Assembly (NCBI GenBank): GCA_037447605.1
Contig: CM074814.1
Coordinates: 1,984,001-2,048,000 of the forward strand
DNA length: 64,000 bases
Direction: 5' to 3'
DNA from: Zygnema circumcarinatum SAG 698-1b
Lineage: Eukaryota; Plantae; Zygnematophyceae
Shown here piece by piece: positions 13,715-27,370 of the stretch (position 1 is the stretch's first letter; each line of letters starts with the position of its first letter). The translations under genes and the position numbers were made by a program. The notes beneath the pieces are model-generated. The model searched no databases. It was not told the origin of the DNA and saw only the letters and a list, made by a program, of their open reading frames with translations.

Positions 13715-16617
13715 ATGGAGACGGCGATGCTTGCCCACCCGGCGCTCCGCACTGTGCGCTGCGGAGCTGTCCCCGTGGAGTCTTCTCCTGCCCTTCATGG
13801 CCGCGGCGATGGAAAGGTCTCAGTTGGTGGTTTTGGTAAGGCGGTTGCAGGACAGGGCTTGAAGATTAGGGCAGGTGCTGCTTTGCGCCGCTCCTTGGAG
13901 AAGGCTGGGAAGCGGGGGCGGAGAGGAGGGGTGCGGTGTGACATGTCTCCGGAGAGCGCTGTTGAGGCTCCTCCAGAGGTGGAGAAGGCAGGAAGGGCAA
14001 CAGGAAAGAGTTCAAGTGATGACACCATTCAGCAGTTCTTGAAGCGGGACTACAAGTGGGGTTTCACAACAGATATTAAGTCTCTTTCTATTCCTAGAGG
14101 TTTGTCTGAGGAGACAGTAAGAATTATTTCTGCAAAGAAAGACGAGCCCGAATGGATGCTGGAGTTTCGGCTTAACGCATACAAGCAGTGGTTGAAGATG
14201 ACGGAGCCGAAGTGGTCGGACAATCACTATCCCGCTATTGACTATCAGGTACGTTCGCAGCCTCCGTCCATGTTCCACCCTTAAGCTAATTTCTCCTTTC
14301 TTTTCACCCGGACTCGTTTGCGTCCTTAATTTTCCTCCAATAAACAGTCGGCTGGTCCTTATTCGCTCAAATTTGTGTATAGGGTTCCGTTGCAGCGATT
14401 TAGGTTATTGACTGTGGAGGAGTCTTGCCGTTTGGCTCTGCTGCTGGTTTACACTTTCTCAATGTCACGAGATATGACTGTTTGGAATATTGGATTTTAC
14501 CTTGTCTTTGGAACTGGAAATCGACGCAATTTTGTACATGAAGTAGCTAAGACCAACTTTGTTTTGTGTAAGTAGATTATTTGAGGATTGGACACGACTT
14601 TTTTGTATTGGAATTTTGCTTAAGTTCGGTCATGTGGATACTGAACATATTGTCGAAGGACAGCCACTTTCGAGAGATTACATTGAGTGTACCTTTCTTG
14701 AAGTGGCTCTCTTCTATCGCTGGTTGATAGTGAGAAATCAAACGATCATGAACTTGGAATAGTTGACACTTCAGTCGAGCTCCTGATCACTTGTCTTTCT
14801 TTTCAATTCTTTGACGCTTAGGCTGTGTTTGTCTTTGCAGGATGTTATTTACTACTCTGAGCCAGTGATGAAGGAAAAGAAAGGAAGCCTCGATGAAGTA
14901 GACCCGGACCTCTTGGCTACATTTGAAAAACTTGGAATCTCTCTTCTGGAGCAGAAGCGTCTTTCAAATGTTGCGGTAGATGCTGTATTTGACTCCGTGT
15001 CAATTGCAACCACATTTCGCAAGGACTTGGCTAAAGCAGGTGTCATTTTTTGCTCTATTTCGGAGGCAGTAAAGGAATATCCCGACCTTGTACGGAAGCA
15101 TTTGGGAAAGGTGGTGCCTGTGGGAGATAACTATTTTGCAGCTTTGAACTCGGCTGTTTTTAGCGATGGCTCTTTCTGCTATATTCCGAAGGACACCATT
15201 TCACCGATGGAGCTTTCGACTTATTTCCGAATCAATGCCATGGAGACAGGGCAGTTTGAGCGAACTCTCATTATTGCAGATGATCGCAGTTATGTGAGCT
15301 ATTTGGAGGTGAGCAGAATCTGTATTCTTCGTCTTAGAGCATGTTGCAATGCAACTTTCCTGCATTATGGAGTGCATGGAGGCCTACTGTGATGTGACTG
15401 TGACATTGAATGATTCTTCAGCGTCTCTAATGGCTGTTTTATTTGGTATGCAGGGCTGCACTGCACCAGCGTATGACAAAAATCAGCTCCATGCGGCAGT
15501 CGTGGAGCTTTACTGTGGAGAGGGGGCAGAGATCAAATACTCCACTGTGCAGAATTGGTATGCAGGGGATGAGGAGGGTCGTGGAGGTATCTACAACTTT
15601 GTCACCAAAAGGGGGCTCTGCGATGGGAAGAACTCGAAGATATCATGGACGCAGGTGGAGACTGGGTCTGCCATCACTTGGAAATACCCCTCTGTTGTGC
15701 TCAAGGGCGATAACTCCAAGGGTGAATTCTACTCAGTTGCGCTGACCAACCATCGCCAGCAGGCGGATACAGGCACTAAGGTAGGCTCTCCCTCTTTTTC
15801 TGTAGGAGACTCTGATATCACATTCACGAATCATGTTAGCTCTGTTAAAGTTGTGATGTCAATCTGGTCGCATCCTCATCACAAATATGTACGAGCATCG
15901 CACCATTGCAGGGGTGTTGAAGGTCTCCCTTCTGAGCGTGTAATGAGGTGCTACATGAGGAGATATGGTGATGTCAATGCTTGCTTGTTTGCATGACATT
16001 GCTTTCTCTGTTTTATAGATAATACAGATTCAGAACTTTCGCATTTCGTTTCAAGCTGACCGAACTAATTACCGTACGAGAGTATATTGTTGAGTCACAC
16101 TACCAACAGTGTGAATTGAGTGTGGAAGAATGTTCAAAACATACTGTCTTCCTACTAGTTGTACTAATGACATATTCTGCATGTTCGTCACGGTACTGTG
16201 GTTTTGCAGATGATCCATGTGGGCAAGAACACGAGGAGCAGGATAGTGTCCAAGGGAATATCGGCAGGCAAGTCGGTGAACTGCTACCGCGGCCTTGTGC
16301 AGGTGCAGCCCTCTGCTCACGGGGCCCGAAATTACTCACAGTGCGACTCCATGCTCATAGGAGACCAGGCAGGTGCCAACACCTACCCATACATTCAGGT
16401 GAAGGATCCGACGGCACGGGTTGAACATGAAGCAAGTACTTCCAAGATTGGTGAAGATCAGCTCTTCTACTTTCAGCAGAGAGGGATTGATGCGGAGAAG
16501 GCAGTGGGGATGATCATCAGCGGATTCTGTCGAGAGGTTTTCAACGAGCTGCCGCTGGAATTTGCCTCGGAAGTGAATCAGCTGATGAGCTTGAAGCTGG
16601 AGGGAAGTGTTGGTTGA
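13715..16617 (+). CDS. SUFB: Plastid Fe-S cluster assembly scaffold SufB with transit peptide
   Basis: Exons 13715-14248, 14841-15308, 15454-15780, 16210-16617. [68 protein letters not shown]; ends LEGSVG. Confidence 0.97.
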
Positions 16618-16964
16618 GAGGGAGGGCTTTCCTAGGAGCCTATAGGGCCTGTACTTGAAAATTGTCAATAAACGGGTGGCTGCAGAAGCTGTGTGAGAGG
16701 GCTTCTGGCGTGACTGTGTAGTGACAATTAGGGATGCTCTACTGCAAACTGTTAGAAGTTTAACCTTTTAGCACGGCTTTAGCGTATTTGATTTTGTCAC
16801 TTACTCGGTTTGAGTGAGTGATGTAGCCTCTGCAAGAGAAAATAATCTAATCTGCTTGTAAATTACCAACGTTTTTTTAAAGCTTTCTTGTTAATGGAGA
16901 TTTGTTTTTTGATTCTTTTCCCACCCCCCTTCGTTGTCTCGTCATTCCCCCTTCTCTTCCTCTT

Positions 16965-17024
16965 CTCTCTCCCAATCTCCTCTCTCCCAATCTCCTCTCT
17001 CCCAATCTCCTCTCTCCCAATCTC
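16965..17024. repeat. 15-bp tandem repeat (CTCTCTCCCAATCTC) x4
   Basis: Read directly. Confidence 0.9.
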
Positions 17025-17220
17025 CTCTCTCTCTCCCCCCTCAGCTACCAAAACAGCAACACAGCGTAACATCTGGCTCATATCCTATCTTATCTACGCT
17101 CATGCCGTTATCTCAGTAGAATTTACTGGCTTATTTCACCACGCCCCAGTACCACCAGCCATGGGTGCATCCATGCATGCACGTTCCCCCCCCCCCATTA
17201 GAAGGGGTCACTAATCACTA

Positions 17221-17466
17221 TGCCCCCATGCCCTCAACCCTGATCACCATGCCCCCAACTCTAATCACCGTGCCCCCAACTCTAATCACCATGCCCCCAA
17301 CTCTAATCACCATGCCCCCAACTCTAATCACCATGCCCCCAACTCTAATCACCATGCCCCCAACCCTAATCACCATGTCCCCGTGCCCCCATGTCCCCAT
17401 GCCCCCAACCCTAATCACCATGTCCCCGTGCCCCCATGTCCCCATGCCCCCATGCCCCCATGCCCG
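17221..17466. repeat. 21-bp minisatellite (CCCCCAACTCTAATCACCATG, ~8 copies) grading into 8-bp CCCCCATG repeats
   Basis: Read directly. Confidence 0.92.
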
Positions 17467-17859
17467 ATGTCACTTTTAGCATCAGCCCCCTATTTTCGCA
17501 CGTGTGAACGCCTCTCTGCCGCCGTCCATAAACGACGCCCTCCCTCCACTCGCCGACGGCTTCGTCCGTATGTTCGTACGTCCGTACGTCACTTTCGCAA
17601 TTCGCATCTGTAAATATTTCAGCGCGCGCGGGCCGACTGCGACCGTGAAAGCGAAAAAATTAAATTTTGGGGCGGCCGCTCACTTATGGGCGCTCCACCG
17701 CAGTCTCCCATTCGCCGCTCCGCTCCCTCCCTCGACCCCTCCCTCTCCCTCTCTCTCTCTCTCTCGCACTCTCTCTCTCGCCACTCGTCTCTCGCCTCCC
17801 TCTCTCCGCCTGCCTCCCTCCCTCCCTCCCAGCAGTGGTCTGCCTCTCCCTCGCGCCAC

Positions 17860-20800
17860 ATGGCGGCGGCAGCTCTCTCTCCCGCGGCGGCTCTGCAGGT
17901 TGAGTGTCGTCTGGCCAGTGAGCAGACGCCACGTGTCTCCAGGAGCCCCTCTGCCTCCCTGCGCCCTTCCCTCCCCGCACGCCTTCACCGCGCAGCCGCC
18001 GTTAGCGGCACAGTGGAAGTCCGGAAAGCGACAAACAGGAGACAGCTCGCAGCACCAGTAGCCATGGCGGCCTCTGTTCTGGAGAAGGCGTCTGCAGAAG
18101 CCATGGAGATTGTGGAGGTTGACCTTGGTGACCGCAGTTACCCTATTTACATTGGCGCTGGCCTTCTCGACCAAGGGGAACTTTTGCGCCGGTCTGTACC
18201 TTAATCCTCCCTCGTTTACTCTTTCAATAGGATGGCGACTAGCGTGGTACAGTAATCAGACGTCCGTCAGTATGTGGTCTGTTCAGCAGCGCTAATTCGG
18301 GGTGCTCGCTATCAGCGGGGCTATCATGCCATATCTTTTTAGTAAGGTGATGAATGTCTCTTAAATTCATGGAGAAATATGCCTTCAGCTTACAGTATAC
18401 ATTAGACGCTAGAATGCCAGAACATATAGATGAGTTAGTCTACGGCCAGGTAGATTTTCTCATTTAAACGAGATACTAATTGGAAAAAAAAAACATTCAG
18501 CCATGGATCATGTCCTTTACTTGTAGAGCACATTATCTGCGCATAGCGACTGCATTCCCCAATTATAGGAGGGACAGTATAGTATTCACTATCCGTGATT
18601 CCACGATCCAAGGTCACACATACAGGGGGAGAGAGAGAGGGAGAGGGAGAACGATAGGGAGAAGAGGAAAAAGAGAGCGAGAGAGAGAGGGAGAGGGGGA
18701 GAGTGGGTGAGGGAGAGGGAGAGACGCCGGAGTGAACATAGAACCTTAATGGCGGGCTGGGGAGCATAGAGAAATTGCTGGTCTCTTGACATCGAAAAGA
18801 AAGTCCGCACATGGCAATGCTCGGCAAAATTGTGGGGGGGCGAGGAGACCTTCCATTAAAAACAAAGGGAAGAAAGAGCAATAATGAAAGGGCGGCAAGG
18901 TTAAGATACCTTAGAAATTAGCATATGAATAGAGTATGGCTAGTAAGCTATTTCATGATATTGCCAATTCATTTACTTTGTTTGGATTTTTTTCTGTTAA
19001 TTATATGACTGGGTAAGTCATGCGTGACTTATGAGTAGTGGTTTGGTTAACTATGGTGTACGGTTGGAACAGTTACGAGAGAAAATGACTTTATGAAAAA
19101 GTCAGTTATTAGCCATTTGCCGATCCCTCCAATACCTTTCAGAACTTCGCTCGAGACGTTTCTAAAAAAAAAGTCACCCACCCACTCTTTTCAGCTTGCA
19201 AGGAGTCAGACGAGATCTCTCTTTGGTACTGAAACCATAGAAAAGAATAGTGTTGTTGAAGAAGTTCCTCACAGGATGAAGTGTGGCACATGTGGCAGGC
19301 ATGTGAAGGGCAAAAAGGTTCTCATTGTGACCAATGAAACCATCGCTCCGTTGTACTTGGAACGCACCATTGCTGCACTTACAGGAGGAGAGAAGGTTTT
19401 CGATATCGAGAGCGTCATTCTTCCTGATGGCGAGCAGTACAAAAACATGGTATGTCTTCCACGACCGGGGATCTTCCATTCTAAATCATTAGCTTGTAGG
19501 ACAAATATGGAAGCAAAAGTTACGCGGTCTTTGCTATAGAGAGGGACCTTCTTCCACACGGCCATTCCATGTTCACTGATAGACTTAGCATTTACCAAAT
19601 GTTCTTTCGACAAGGTGAATCGGAGGGTGTTGTTGACGTGTGTACAAGTGGAAGGGGAGGACAGGAGACCCTTATGATGGTGTTTGACAAAGCTATGGAG
19701 ACACGACAGGACCGCAAGTCCACCTTCATAGCTCTCGGTGGCGGAGTCATTGGAGATATGTGTGGCTTTGCTGCTGCCACCTTTGTGCGTGGCGTTAACT
19801 TCATCCAGATTCCCACCACCGTGATGTCACAGGTATGCTCATATCTCCGCCCCTTGTGATTTTCCATATATTTGGTTGAAATACTTCAATTTGTGCCTCG
19901 TTGTCAAGGCGGAACTGTTACATAAGTGAAGAATCACCGCAAGTGTGAAGGATTGACACAGCAAAGTGTTGTTTGTGAGCCCGTTTAGAGTACCTTCATG
20001 TTAAGAGAAGTATATGGGTCCTGGGCAGGTGGATTCATCAGTGGGAGGCAAGACAGGCGTAAATCATCCGCTGGGAAAGAATATGTTGGGAGCGTTTTAC
20101 CAGCCACAATGTGTGCTGATTGATACAGAGACTCTTAACACACTCCCAGACAGAGAGCTCGCTTCTGGTCTTGCTGAAGTCATTAAATATGGCCTGATTC
20201 GCGATGCCGAATTCTTCGAGTGGCAGGAAGAGAACATGGACAAGTTGCTGGCCAGGTAAGACTGCATTCATAAGTGAAGGAGCGAATTTCTACTGAATGT
20301 GGTTTGTTCAGGTGGCCGTGAAACCATTGAAGTTGTGCTATTGTGATGGCACGTTTCGTCTTTCTTTCATATTTGAAATGAGGTGCTGTCTTCTCGCTAT
20401 CTGTCAAGTTGTATCATAACAATATAGTTGTACTATGGTTGAATAGAAAGGAAATAGGCAAGAGTAGGGAAAGAAAGGAAATCAACAGGCAATGAATTAC
20501 ATTCTTGGTGACTTTTTAAGCACGTAGAATTTGTTGTCTAGAAACTAACAATGACTTCGACAACTGTATAGCCTCTAACAACAGCACTGAGGAAAGCAGA
20601 AATATGATTGCTGCATGTTGGAATCATGGCAAAGGCGGAATGTCTCTCTCATAGATCGACATAAATCCTAAGTTCGTGAAAAAAGGAGGGTCTAGTTTGA
20701 GTGAATATGGCTACTTCCCAAAGGGCCTCCAGTAGCTGCTGTAAACTATGATAGACGCATTGAGAACATATGAGGAAGCCTCCTATTTCCATGCAGTGGC

Positions 20801-22157
20801 CCTCTGCCTGCTGAAGATCAACTTTCAGACCGCAAGACTTAATGTCAGAGGAGTTGCAAATTTGGTACAAGCTAGTTAACATAACTGTTGCTTTATCGAA
20901 GGGACTGGCAGTCCTTATGCATCTCAAGCAGCAAGTGATGGGTGATAACATGTGAGCAGGGATCCGGTATGCACTGCGTATGCCATCAAGCGATCATGTG
21001 AGAACAAAGCGGCGGTGGTTGCTGCGGATGAAAAGGAGGGGGGGCTCCGCGCCACTCTGAATCTTGGCCACACATTTGGTCATGTAAGATTTCTCAACAT
21101 GGTACTGCTTGAACAGGGAATTGCATGAAAGGGATTCAAGAGACTACGACTATGCAAGCAAATTGTAGCTTTGGAGTTTCAGGGTTAAAAGTCTTATTGA
21201 GCAGGTCTTCAAGGAGGGATGACGGGAGATTCCAGAATTTGAGTGCGGTTGTCGTCCGTGTCAGGCTGACACAAAGGGCAGGAAATGGAACTAAAGCCTT
21301 CGTTACAGAGTAAAGGAGAATGCATATGCTGTTGTAGCGAACATTTTGGTCTTTTAAGTTGGTCAGTTCATTCACTTCCTTACACGTACTGATTGTTTTT
21401 GGCAACTGAGTTGGCAGGCTGTTGAGAATGGTATCGGCTACGGTCAATGGTTGCACGGAGAGGCTGTTGCTGCAGGCACTGTAAGCCCTCCCTCTCTCCC
21501 TGAAGAACAAAACAACGTAACAGGGCTCCCCCTTGTCGCCCACTCTTTTTTCTGGTAGAGAGAGCAATTAACTGAACACACCTGCCTGCTGTTTCTGCTC
21601 AGTTTCAATTTCCCCAATGACTCGTCCATCCATTGTATGCATGTTGGTGCAGGTGATGGCTGCAGATATGTCCTTCCGTCTCGGGTGGATTGATGCCGCT
21701 TTGAAGGAGAGAGCCCAGCGCCTCATAGAGAGGGCGCGCTTGCCGGTAGAACCTCCTCCGGGGATGACCATTGAGAAGTTCAGATCCCTCATGGCTGTAA
21801 GTATCGCCATGCTCTCTCCTCCTTTGGTCTATCGAAATCCTTCACATGCAGAACAAGCTTTATATTGCAAGGAGAGCTGTTCTTGACGGCTCTCCCCCTT
21901 CCTCTCCCCTCTCTCCCCTCCCTCTCCCTCTCCCCCTCCCTTCCCCCTCGTCCCCGTCCCCCCGTCCCCCCTCCCCCCTCCCCTTCTGTCCCTCGCTTAT
22001 CCTGTGTTACTGCCGTCAACAGGTGGACAAGAAAGTTGCGGATGGGCAGCTCCGATTGATCCTTTTGAAGGGCCCTTTGGGCAACTGCACCTTCACAGGC
22101 GAATTCGATAGCGCGGCTTTGGATGCCACTCTGGAGGCCTTCTGCAAGACAAAGTGA
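17860..22157 (+). CDS. DHQS: 3-dehydroquinate synthase (shikimate pathway), plastid-targeted
   Basis: Exons 17860-18191, 19299-19449, 19665-19832, 20029-20255, 20960-21083, 21418-21480, 21653-21796, 22023-22157. [71 protein letters not shown]. Confidence 0.97.
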
Positions 22158-23098
22158 GGGGTCAATTTCAATGCTTCCCAAACAAATTTCTTTGGATATC
22201 ATTACATTTTCGGGGTTGTGTTCTTCCGCGGCAGACAGCAAAAGCTTACTTTAGTGTCATCCGGAGCCGAGGCATCCGGAGCGACTATGATCGATTTCTA
22301 GTACCTGTAGTATAGTTGTTTTTTTCTCTATTGTTATCTTAGTGTATTGAATGACTATGAATTGTATATAATTTCAAATGGGCTCAATTTCCATGTGTTC
22401 GCCGAAGTAAAAAGAAATGGTGAGTTGAAATGTCGGCCGATGTAGTCAAACGTCATTGACTAAAACGTGAGACAGATAACATCAACAAATATTTGAAATT
22501 TGGCCCAACAATAACAAGATCTTAACGACTCGTTTCTGCAGTTACATTGCAGCTTATAACCAAAGTTAAAACATGTAATTTGTACGGCAGTGATCTGCCG
22601 CTATAATACATCAGAAAAGATGACCTCACCTTTCCTTTTCTCTCCCCATTTGCAACCACCTCTTTCAATCCCTTGCCGTCTTATTCTCCTCTCCTAAAAC
22701 ACATTGCTTTGAATAGTAGAGGCCACCTCTGTGTTCTCCGCCTAAGGCACAACAATGCTACAAGGATCCGCCGTTCCGTGGACAGCAACCAAACTGGCTC
22801 CAAATGTCCACCCCTCCTTGCCTTCGTGGTTTCTCTGTGAAGCCTATTCTCTTTAGGCGAGCACAGTGAATATCTGGAAGGAATGGAGTGGTTCCAAGCC
22901 CCTGCCTGCTTCAAGACAGCTGTTATTGCCAGAGCTGGTAGCAGCCTCCTCCGCTTAGCCACTCTCTAAACAAAAAGAATCAGGATAGTGCAAATATACA
23001 TGCACTCCTCAAAATCACAACTGGGTCCCTTTTCACTCCAAGATATTTAAATCCATCAGCTGTAACCCAGAGCTCTATTGGAAGGGCTATAAGTAGCC

Positions 23099-26000
23099 CT
23101 AGCTCCTTGTGGCATTCATGGATGTGGTGGTGGTTGTATTGGGGTTTGGAATCAAGCGCAAGGGCACGGAAACATCTCTATAACCAAAGGGTATATTACT
23201 CGAATAGTTCGCCAGCTTGTAGGCTCGCCTTCGTATCACATATCTTGGTCTGGCTGACAAGTTCGTATCAGCTACAAAGCCTGATGGTTGAGGCAGATGC
23301 CAGTTCAAAGGATAAGGATCAATTTTTCGCGCCTCCATTTTCGTATGCCACACAAGCACATCCCGACAGGAATCTGCCAATGGCTCCAACTCTGCCAAAG
23401 AGACAACAAGTCTGTCCAGAAAATCTGTCTCAATCCACCTGCATGCACCCATATACGCTTCTTAGGTCAGTGTGCGATGCCGTCAAAGCAATCAAACATT
23501 TAGCAGCACCTTCAATAAAGAGGGACCTAAAGTAGGGAAGATTCTTCCACCCTTATGCAGACAAGCAAAGAGAGCCATTAGGAATTCCTGGAATCCCTTG
23601 CTCTGGCAAAGCTTTCACAAGACAGGAGCCGTGCATGGAAGCACAGCGCACATACTACAAGGACGGCCCTTCAAACTTGCAATTGGACACAAAATAATCC
23701 CAATTAAACTATAGGTCACACTAAATACATTCTTTCAAAGCTAGAATTTTCACGAAATCTGCTCGAATCACAACCACCCATGACGAACAACGCTATCAAT
23801 GCGACACTCGCCTCTAGTTTTTACCAAATAAGGACAATCTAAGCCTCTCATCACCAATGACGTTTGTAATAAGGAAGGAGTAGAAGAGGAAAATAAAGTG
23901 CTAGAAGGGCCATTGGAAGCAAAAAGTAAATTCCCTTCATTTTCAGAGCTAGTGACTTACGCAGATCGAGAGTGAAACCGCACGGGATGGTTTGGGCGCC
24001 CGGAAAACTTATTCTTGGGGGTCCATAAAAGTTCAGAGCTACATTCCCAAACCCATCAAGCCAATCAGGTTAATGTTATACCCAGACCCATATTAAATTA
24101 AGTCGGTGAGCACAATAAGAAGCACACATGAGCCAAAAGTATCCCATATGCAATGAATTACATTTCAGAAAACGGACTGTAACTCTGATCCTCCTCCCAC
24201 GCAAGATCACACTTTTTCTGCCTTTGAAGGGCTTGTAGCAGTACATACTTGAATGCAAATCCTGCCATGTCGGTGTGATACTTCCGTCCTTGCCCTGGAG
24301 GTGTTCTTGCTGCCCACTCAAATGTTTCCCAGCCAATCACGTGCTCCCATGACAAGTCTTTGCGAACCAAAGGCCGCTCTACAAAGGGTCTGAACTGACG
24401 GTTTGGATTGTTCTGCTGTTCGATCCACGACCAGAGAAACCCCACCGGCCATACACCAACCTTCCGGATTTTGCGCATTTCTTGAAACAGCTGATTTGTA
24501 GCAGCAAACCCACCTCCCCACCCTCACTTTCTGGTCTCAGGCAGCTGCTCATTCAGTCCACGAAGATGGGACAGCATGCATGTGGAAACGGCGGGCAGCA
24601 TTTCATCATGATTCCTGATTGCTGATAGAGGAGGAATGCAAGATTGGACATACAGTAACACAAGTTTCACATCTGGGACTAATTTTCTCAACTTGCTCCT
24701 GCGTGTGAAGCAGAAGGGTCGAACACACCTCAGATTGCTATGAATTTCCGCATGCTGAATGCAGGCCAATGATCTTGGGAAAAAGCCCTTAAAATGAAAA
24801 GGATTGCGCAGTGGCAAGGGCACCTGTGGACTATAGACGTTGTCATCATCCATGAAATAAACGACACCAGAAATCTGGTTTGTCTCAATGTATTCAATTG
24901 CCGCATTTCGTTGGATCACTCCTCGGCTTTGAGCATGATTCTCATGCTGCAAGGGAAAGCAGGCACAGTTTTTAGGATACAGACTTAGCTGGAAGCAAGG
25001 GAGTTGCGTAAAAATATCAAATCATTGCCTTTCAAGAAATCAGAAGTGGCTAGCTAACAAGCCATTTGCTGCAACCAACCTCCAGACGAAAATAAGCAGA
25101 GATATCCAGAAGTGACCCGTAACCCGAAAATAGGAACTGAATTCGACGAAAAAAAAACAAATGCTCCCTATTGATGTCAGGTAAGTAAGAATGGTCAGAC
25201 AGTCCCCCGCTCACATTACACACAGCAGACCAAACTCAGCTGAGGATAGAGCTATATTGTGAAATACTCAGACTAGCTCTGTGAAATTATAGATCCCATG
25301 CTAATGAAACAATCATTTGCACATGCTGTCCTTGAAAGCGACGGCACATCTCGTGCAGGGAGACTCCTATAATGCCAGGTTTTTTGTTTGCGGAGCCCCT
25401 GATGCATCTGCCTAGCTATGAAGAGATAAAAGATGGAAAGAACAACTATGATGAGAGAAAAGTACTCCACGCTCAATCAACTCTACATCAATGAGTTCGC
25501 GGCATCTAATAGGCTCAATCTCTATACGAAAATCCTGACTATTGTTAAGTGGGTAGCCAAGCTCCTATACTTCAAACGGATGTATGAGAGAGGAAATTTG
25601 GATCTCCGAATAAAGTAGCCTCGCACACCGACCCCACATTTGGTTGACCATCACATGGTGGGAAATAGCTTCAATTCCACCGATTGTTTAAAAAAAAAAA
25701 GGTCAACTTTATCTATACGAATCAATTATTTCCAATTCATCAAGAAACGGACCTAGGGAAGATTTGCTTTAAAATAAATCTCAAATAGTGTTTCAATCTC
25801 AGAACAAGTCCGGGTAATCACTTGGATCTGCTAAAAATTACATATGGGATCGTTACGTTCAGATCCTCATTTATCTTACCAAAAACCTCCAGTTTGAATG
25901 CGGATTTAAATGATTTTTTTCAAAGCGCTTACCCGCAATTTGGAGGCAATGTGGGTGTAATTCACGGTTGTGCACATAGGAAAAGAACCGACGTGAATGC

Positions 26001-26737
26001 AGTTGCCGGCTGTCCTCTCAAGAAGCAACGCCGTCTCCTCTGTCTGTAAGGATTACAATTGGACAAGAAGATGTCAATTCAATTCCTTCAAACTCTCGTT
26101 CGAGTACCCTTCCGTTGTCATAGAATTCGTCCAAAACCTCGTTAAAGTCACAATACAAACAGGGGCTCTGAATCATTCTGTCTCGAGAGAAGGCAAGCAA
26201 CCGGATGCTGAGAAGTGCAGTGCCAATTCATATGGTGCGAAAGGCAGCTCCTTTCACCTTGGCCTCCGCCTCCACCACGATCCAAAGCAGGGGAGGCGGC
26301 ACCACGCGCAGCACATTGACCATCTGCACAAAGTGAGGTGCCTGCGCTGCGCGCACATACGTCGGAGTTACTGCAATTATCAGCCTCCTCTCTTCAACCG
26401 CAACAGCCGGATTAGATATCGCCGGCCGCATCACATCAGCAGCTTGCTTGTAAGATTCAGCATCGGCTGCAGCAGGAGGAGCACTGGCGTCAAATAGGGA
26501 AGCGAGCGGGAAAGCCAGCAAGCGCAGCCTGCTCGACGAGCCGCAGTCCTCGGCAGTATGGGGCGGGAGCTTGTCGCCAGAGCAGGGCACAAAGGCGGAG
26601 CGTTCTAAGTGAATGAAGGAGAAGGCGAAAGCTCCCGCAGCTAGCAAGAGCAGGAGGTAGAGCAGGCGGCAGTAAGCCCCCCCCGGGCGGCTGCGCCGAG
26701 AGGGGCCTCCCCGTGGCTTCTCCTCGGGCCCATTCAT
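23099..26737 (-). CDS. GT43 family glycosyltransferase, copy b (paralogue of 1-3321)
   Basis: Exons 26737-26258, 26043-25933, 24946-24824, 24490-24249, 24038-23961, 23438-23099. Exons 2, 3 and 5 have the same lengths (111, 123, 78 nt) as in copy a. LIIAVTPT, YFMDDDNVY, DMAGFAF, WIETDFL, VWHTKME. Confidence 0.92.
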
Positions 26738-27149
26738 CTCATGTCCGACGGCTCCTCTTCCCCCGCCTCTGTGCCTCTGCGCCTCTGCGCCTTTGAGCCC
26801 TCACTCCCTCCCTCCCCCTCCCTCCCTCCCCCTGCTAGCGCCCTGTAACAGCAGCAGCAGAAGGTCCCGTCGCAGGCGCGTCTCCCCTCGGCCCCCCCGC
26901 CATGGCCCGCCCGTCGCCCCTCACCCTCTGTCCCCCTCTCCTCTCCCTATCTCCTCACCCTCGCCTCCCCTCTCCTCTCACTCTCCCTCCCTCCCGCGAC
27001 AAAACGGGCGGAGTGCGATTGGTCGTCCGTTCGAACTTCTAATGACTTCCCGAGGCGCACGGCGCCGTTCGTACAGTAAGGCACCATACGGGGGTACGGA
27101 CGGCATGGCTGGCTCCGGCGTGCTGCGAGGTCTAAATCTGGTTAATCAT

Positions 27150-27370
27150 CTGACTAATTGACTGACTGACTAGCTGACTGGATGGATTCTTGCTGACTGG
27201 TTAACTAACTGACTGACTGACGTAAAGACTCAGTGATTGACTGACTGGCTGGTTTATTAACTGACGTAAAGACAGACTGACTGACTAAAAAACTGACTAA
27301 CTAACTGACTGACTGATAGACTGACTAGCTGGTATAACTAGCTAAATAACTGACTGATTGGCTGACTGGC
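27150..27370. repeat. Degenerate (GACT/AACT)n tract in the GT43-b / Toc75-A head-to-head interval
   Basis: Read directly; includes TGACGTAAAG twice (27218, 27262). Confidence 0.85.

Noticed and set aside
17165-17479. ORF with (PPTLITM)n repeats
   Set aside because: Translation of the 21-bp minisatellite; no signal peptide or gene structure.
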